Shown piece by piece: positions 47,061 to 50,542 of a stretch of DNA of 50,542 nt (positions are counted from its first letter, which is position 1; each line of letters opens with the position of its first letter). The stretch is from NCBI GenBank assembly GCA_028715545.1, contig JAQURP010000003.1, positions 1 to 50,542 of the forward strand. The letters are read 5' to 3'. Source of the stretch: Methanocellales archaeon (GTDB taxonomy: Archaea > Halobacteriota > UBA148). The notes below the pieces were generated by a model. It saw only the letters and a list, made by a program, of their open reading frames with translations. It was not told the DNA's origin and made no database searches. The position numbers were made by a program, and so were the translations under genes.

Positions 47061-48188
47061 ATGACCATGAGAATATGTTTAGTTTATAGAGATTTTAGCA
47101 AAACTGGAGGAATTCCAAGGTATGTCGTTGAGTTAGCAGAGAGATTTGCAAGAAAGCATGAATTGCACTTACTTACAACAGATTATAATTACGAGATTCT
47201 TAACTCAATTGTTCACAGAAAGCCAATTATAAGGACTCCCTTCTGGCTTCAAATTCTGACTAATACTTATTATAACACGAAATATGCAAAGAAATTGAAA
47301 GAAGAGTTGGATATTGACATTGTTCACTCTAATGGATCAGAATCTCTATTTTGTGATATTGCCACATTACATGACTGTCATAAAGCCTGGAGCGAAGAAT
47401 ATAAGAGTTGGGGCTTGCTACAAGCCACAAGATCTGTATTTGATCCCACAAATAGGCTTGTTTTACTTATTGAAGAAAAAGTGGTGAAGAATACGAAAAA
47501 GATTATCACCATCTCAAATAACGAGAAGAAAAGGCTGCTCAAATTTTATGACATCCCGGAAGAGAAAATTGCCGTTGTACCCAATGGGGTAAATACAGAG
47601 GAATTTGAGATTAATACAGACAATAGAATAAAAATTAGAAATGAATACAAAATTGAGGATAATGAAGTAGTTTTAATGTTTTGTGGTCATGAGTTTAGAA
47701 AAAAGGGCTTAGAGTTTATAATCAGATCTTTGCCGATGACAAAAGAGAATGTGAAACTTTTTGTTATTGGCAACAACAAGCCATCGTATTATAAAAAGTT
47801 AGCAGCCGAGATGGGCGTTTTAAATAAAATAATTTTCCTACAATTTGTACCTGATATAAAGGACTATTATGTGGCATCGGATATTTTTGTTTTCCCAAGT
47901 TTACACGAGGGTTTTGGATTGGTCATAACAGAAGCAATGAGTTCAGGACTACCAGTCATTACAACTAAGTTAACAGGTGCATCTGAGATAATGACAGATG
48001 CGTATGATGGTCTTCTGTTAAATGAAGTGAATCCAAAGGAAATTGCAGAGAAAATAAATTTACTTATAAGCGATGAAAAACTAAGAAAACAACTGGGTAG
48101 GAATGCAAGGAAAACTGCTGAAAAGCTCACCTGGGATAAAGCTGCAAGGAGAACTTTAGAAGTTTATGAAGAGATATTAAAAAGATGA
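47061..48188 (+). CDS. GT4-family (GT-B) glycosyltransferase
   Basis: MRICLVYRDFSKTGG N-terminus and EX7E region PSLHEGFGLVITEAMSSGLPVITT. Start uncertain (ATG 47019, 47061 or 47067). Confidence 0.85.
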   Translation: MTMRICLVYRDFSKTGGIPRYVVELAERFARKHELHLLTTDYNYEILNSIVHRKPIIRTPFWLQILTNTYYNTKYAKKLKEELDIDIVHSNGSESLFCDIATLHDCHKAWSEEYKSWGLLQATRSVFDPTNRLVLLIEEKVVKNTKKIITISNNEKKRLLKFYDIPEEKIAVVPNGVNTEEFEINTDNRIKIRNEYKIEDNEVVLMFCGHEFRKKGLEFIIRSLPMTKENVKLFVIGNNKPSYYKKLAAEMGVLNKIIFLQFVPDIKDYYVASDIFVFPSLHEGFGLVITEAMSSGLPVITTKLTGASEIMTDAYDGLLLNEVNPKEIAEKINLLISDEKLRKQLGRNARKTAEKLTWDKAARRTLEVYEEILKR

Positions 48189-48226
48189 CGATAACTACAT
48201 ATGATTTGCTTGAATCGAGAACATAA

Positions 48227-50032
48227 ATGAACATAACTGCCATGCTAAAAAAAATAGATTCTTTATTTGAAAGAACAACCGCTATCCGTGGGGCACTTTT
48301 GGGTTTATTCTTAATTTATTTGGCAGTTACCTTCCTAAAAATCTTTTTCGTATTGCAAGCGCCTTCCCCTTTTATCTTTTCTGATGAAACTGTATACGCA
48401 AAAATGGCACAGTCCTTTTTCGACTCTAAAACCTTCTCGCTATGGGGCACTCTCGTTGGCTACCCCCAACCGTTATATCCCGTAATATTATCAATAGCGT
48501 ATGCCTTTGGCGATATAACTTTTGCATATCCCATAATGAAAATTATAAATGCCTTCTTGTCTTCTTTGATAGTAATCCCTGTTTTTCTAATCTCTAAAGA
48601 GTTTATAAGCATTAAGAAATCCATAATTGTAGCATTCTTATCTTCTTTACTGCCTGCAAGTTTCTCATTCACTTCCGCGGTAATGAGCGAAAATTTGTTT
48701 TATCCATTATTCATGTTCTCCCTATTTTTTATGCTGAAATCACTTACAGAAGATGATAAAAAGTGGGATTTAATGTGCGGTTTATCTATAGGTTTATCAA
48801 TTCTAACGAGGTTGCCAGGTCTTGTATTATTGGTTATACTCTTTTTTGTTTTATTGATAAAAGGTACCTATATGCTTTTGTCTGAAGGTTCAATTACTAC
48901 CAAAGTCCGAAAAATTTTCTTGGCTTTTATTGATAAGTGGTGCATCTTTTTATCTTCTGCTGTGGTTGCGCTCCCATGGTTCTTAAGGAATGGCTATTAT
49001 TTTGGATTCAACTCTAGGGGATTAACAGGCGGTTCTATTAGCATGGCTGGCGGTCTCGCAAAATATGGCGGCTCGCAGCCAACAAATATTCCGGTGATAG
49101 ACTTTATCTACTGGGCCATGATGCACACAGGGTATTTCATCTTTGCAACTGGCATAATACTTTTTGCACTTGCTATGCTTCAAACATGGAAAATTGTAAA
49201 GCAAAAATCAATAAATAAAACTACATATGCGAATACAAAACTTTCAACCTTTCTCATAATTTCATGGGTTTCTTTTACAACGCTTGTCTTATTCTGTGCA
49301 TATCAAAAATTTCACGGCGGCCCTTATCTAATGGGCAGATACATTGCTCCAATTTTGCCAGCATTTATGGTCATGGGTGCAGTAGGCTTGGATTCTTTTA
49401 CTAAACGGGATTTCAAACCAATTTTTGGCACACTTATCGTTTGCTCATTCTCATTGGCATTTCTCCCAATAAATTCATTCATACGTGCTTATAACACCCC
49501 TGATGCGTATGTACTCTTGGTGCCACAACGTTTGTATGAAATGGGCGTACTGTCCTTCGAACCCAATGTCATCTTTATTAAACTGTTTTTATTGATATTG
49601 CCCTTCTTCTTTTTGATTTTAGCTAAAAAGAACGCATTAAAATGGAAATGCATAGCACCTTTGCTTTTAGTATTTTTTGTGGTAAATAGTGTAGTTGCAT
49701 CAGGTGTTATGTATGCTGCATCCACCGATGCTCAGGATGAAATGAAAGTCGGGTTATGGCTACATGATCATGCGCCAAAAAATTCGGTGATAATTTTTGA
49801 TGAGCGAGATGCAGATAGAATGAATTGGGCGATATGGGGGACGATGTTCTGGACTGATAATATAATAGAAATCAGCAATGTTAGCGCGATTGAGGCGGAT
49901 TATATAGTCTCTCTTCATAGACTGAACCTACCCTTGGTTCTGGAAGTGGACACTGAGACCGAAGTTATAAAGTCTTATGATAATCACTATTTTGTGTATA
50001 ACCCAATCAAAGTAACAAAAGGAATCAAATAA
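48227..50032 (+). CDS. GT-C fold membrane glycosyltransferase (GT39 / ArnT-PMT-like)
   Basis: 601 aa and polytopic. First-loop acidic motif FSDETVYAKMAQSF followed by YPQPLYPVIL, as in ArnT/PMT_2 enzymes. Soluble C-terminal ~100 aa. Confidence 0.7.
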   Translation: MNITAMLKKIDSLFERTTAIRGALLGLFLIYLAVTFLKIFFVLQAPSPFIFSDETVYAKMAQSFFDSKTFSLWGTLVGYPQPLYPVILSIAYAFGDITFAYPIMKIINAFLSSLIVIPVFLISKEFISIKKSIIVAFLSSLLPASFSFTSAVMSENLFYPLFMFSLFFMLKSLTEDDKKWDLMCGLSIGLSILTRLPGLVLLVILFFVLLIKGTYMLLSEGSITTKVRKIFLAFIDKWCIFLSSAVVALPWFLRNGYYFGFNSRGLTGGSISMAGGLAKYGGSQPTNIPVIDFIYWAMMHTGYFIFATGIILFALAMLQTWKIVKQKSINKTTYANTKLSTFLIISWVSFTTLVLFCAYQKFHGGPYLMGRYIAPILPAFMVMGAVGLDSFTKRDFKPIFGTLIVCSFSLAFLPINSFIRAYNTPDAYVLLVPQRLYEMGVLSFEPNVIFIKLFLLILPFFFLILAKKNALKWKCIAPLLLVFFVVNSVVASGVMYAASTDAQDEMKVGLWLHDHAPKNSVIIFDERDADRMNWAIWGTMFWTDNIIEISNVSAIEADYIVSLHRLNLPLVLEVDTETEVIKSYDNHYFVYNPIKVTKGIK

Positions 50033-50033
50033 A

Positions 50034-50542
50034 ATGAAAATCAAAAAAAGAATAGGGGATATTTTCAGAATTTTTATAGGAGTGTCTATCCTTTCCTTGC
50101 TAATTCTTAAATTAGGTGTGGCAGAAGTATTAGGTGTTATCTCAAACATGAACCTTTATATCGTTCTCTTAGTGTTATTTTCCTCGCTTTTTATATATTT
50201 TCTAGCTTCAATCAACATTAAAATACTGATAAACGGTTTGGGGGAAAAAATTAGTGCTTTTGATTCGTTCAAGTACTATTTGCCATCCTATACCTTAGGT
50301 TTGCTCACCCCTGGTAAAGTTGGGAATCTATCCCTGCTATATTTTTTTAAGAAAAATGAAATTTCATATGGAAAAACCCTTGCAGTTTTAGTTCTGGATA
50401 AACTAATTACTTATGTTGTCCTTTCTGTGATTGCAATTTATGGTTTTTTTATCTTTTTTGAACGAGAGGCTGCATTACAAGTTACGTTCTACCTGATATT
50501 ACTTCTACTTCTTGGTGTTCTTTTGATACGATCGAAAAGAGC
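50034..50542 (+). CDS. UPF0104 (LPG_synthase_TM / flippase-like) membrane protein, 5' partial
   Basis: Not in the ORF track because it runs off the right edge. My translation from ATG 50034: MKIKKRIGDIFRIFIGVSILSLLILKLG ... YTLGLLTPGKVGNLSLLYF. The PGKVGN block parallels PARLGD in the fused domain of 16858-18588. Confidence 0.65.
   Translation, partial: MKIKKRIGDIFRIFIGVSILSLLILKLGVAEVLGVISNMNLYIVLLVLFSSLFIYFLASINIKILINGLGEKISAFDSFKYYLPSYTLGLLTPGKVGNLSLLYFFKKNEISYGKTLAVLVLDKLITYVVLSVIAIYGFFIFFEREAALQVTFYLILLLLLGVLLIRSKR

Noticed and set aside
1-50542. Scanned for CRISPR repeats, tRNA/rRNA genes, transposases, integrases and long terminal inverted repeats.
   Set aside because: I saw no regularly spaced direct repeats, no tRNA-like GC-rich cloverleaf segments in the intergenic regions, and no recombinase-like ORFs. 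The absence is by eye only and should be confirmed with tRNAscan, Infernal, a CRISPR finder and ISfinder-type searches.

Overview
AT-rich 50.5 kb window that is essentially one large surface-glycan (polysaccharide or glycoconjugate) biosynthesis island. I support about 45 protein-coding genes. All but two are on the + strand, and many have 1-20 nt start/stop overlaps (ATGA type), which implies long operons. Recognisable modules, left to right:
(1) Sugar-1-P nucleotidyltransferases, UDP-glucose 6-dehydrogenase and UDP-glucuronate decarboxylase, i.e. a UDP-GlcA to UDP-Xyl route.
(2) A tyvelose-epimerase-family SDR, a Wzx-type flippase and a GT-C membrane glycosyltransferase.
(3) A nucleotide-sugar dehydrogenase/epimerase pair, an RfbH/ColD-type 3-dehydratase (His replaces the PLP lysine) and a GDP-fucose-synthase-family enzyme.
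(4) Two Dpm1-like GT2 enzymes, one fused to a UPF0104/MprF-flippase-like membrane domain.
(5) A junction containing a decayed methyltransferase pseudogene and an inverted GT-C gene.
(6) A nucleotide-heptose module: HldA-like kinase, split transketolase, transaldolase, GmhB and a reversed-order nucleotidyltransferase-kinase fusion. GmhA lies 15 kb further on.
(7) Two SDRs translationally coupled to a ThDP-dependent E1 alpha/beta pair, with no E2 or E3 in the window.
(8) A seven-gene deoxy/amino-sugar tailoring cassette containing three radical-SAM enzymes.
(9) Methyltransferases, a Zn-dependent alcohol dehydrogenase, GT4 glycosyltransferases, another GT-C and a second UPF0104 protein.
I found no rRNA, tRNA, CRISPR array, transposase or integrase. 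Domain of life is uncertain. TTTATATA/TTTATAAA-like boxes, the split transketolase, Dpm1-like GT2s and several GT-C enzymes fit an archaeon, but the GGAGG-type ribosome-binding sites fit either domain. The strongest leads are the triple radical-SAM sugar cassette, the orphan E1 alpha/beta pair, the heptose module with its own sedoheptulose-7-P supply, and a duplicated two-ORF leader upstream of two modules. All functional calls come from motif recognition by eye. No searches were run.
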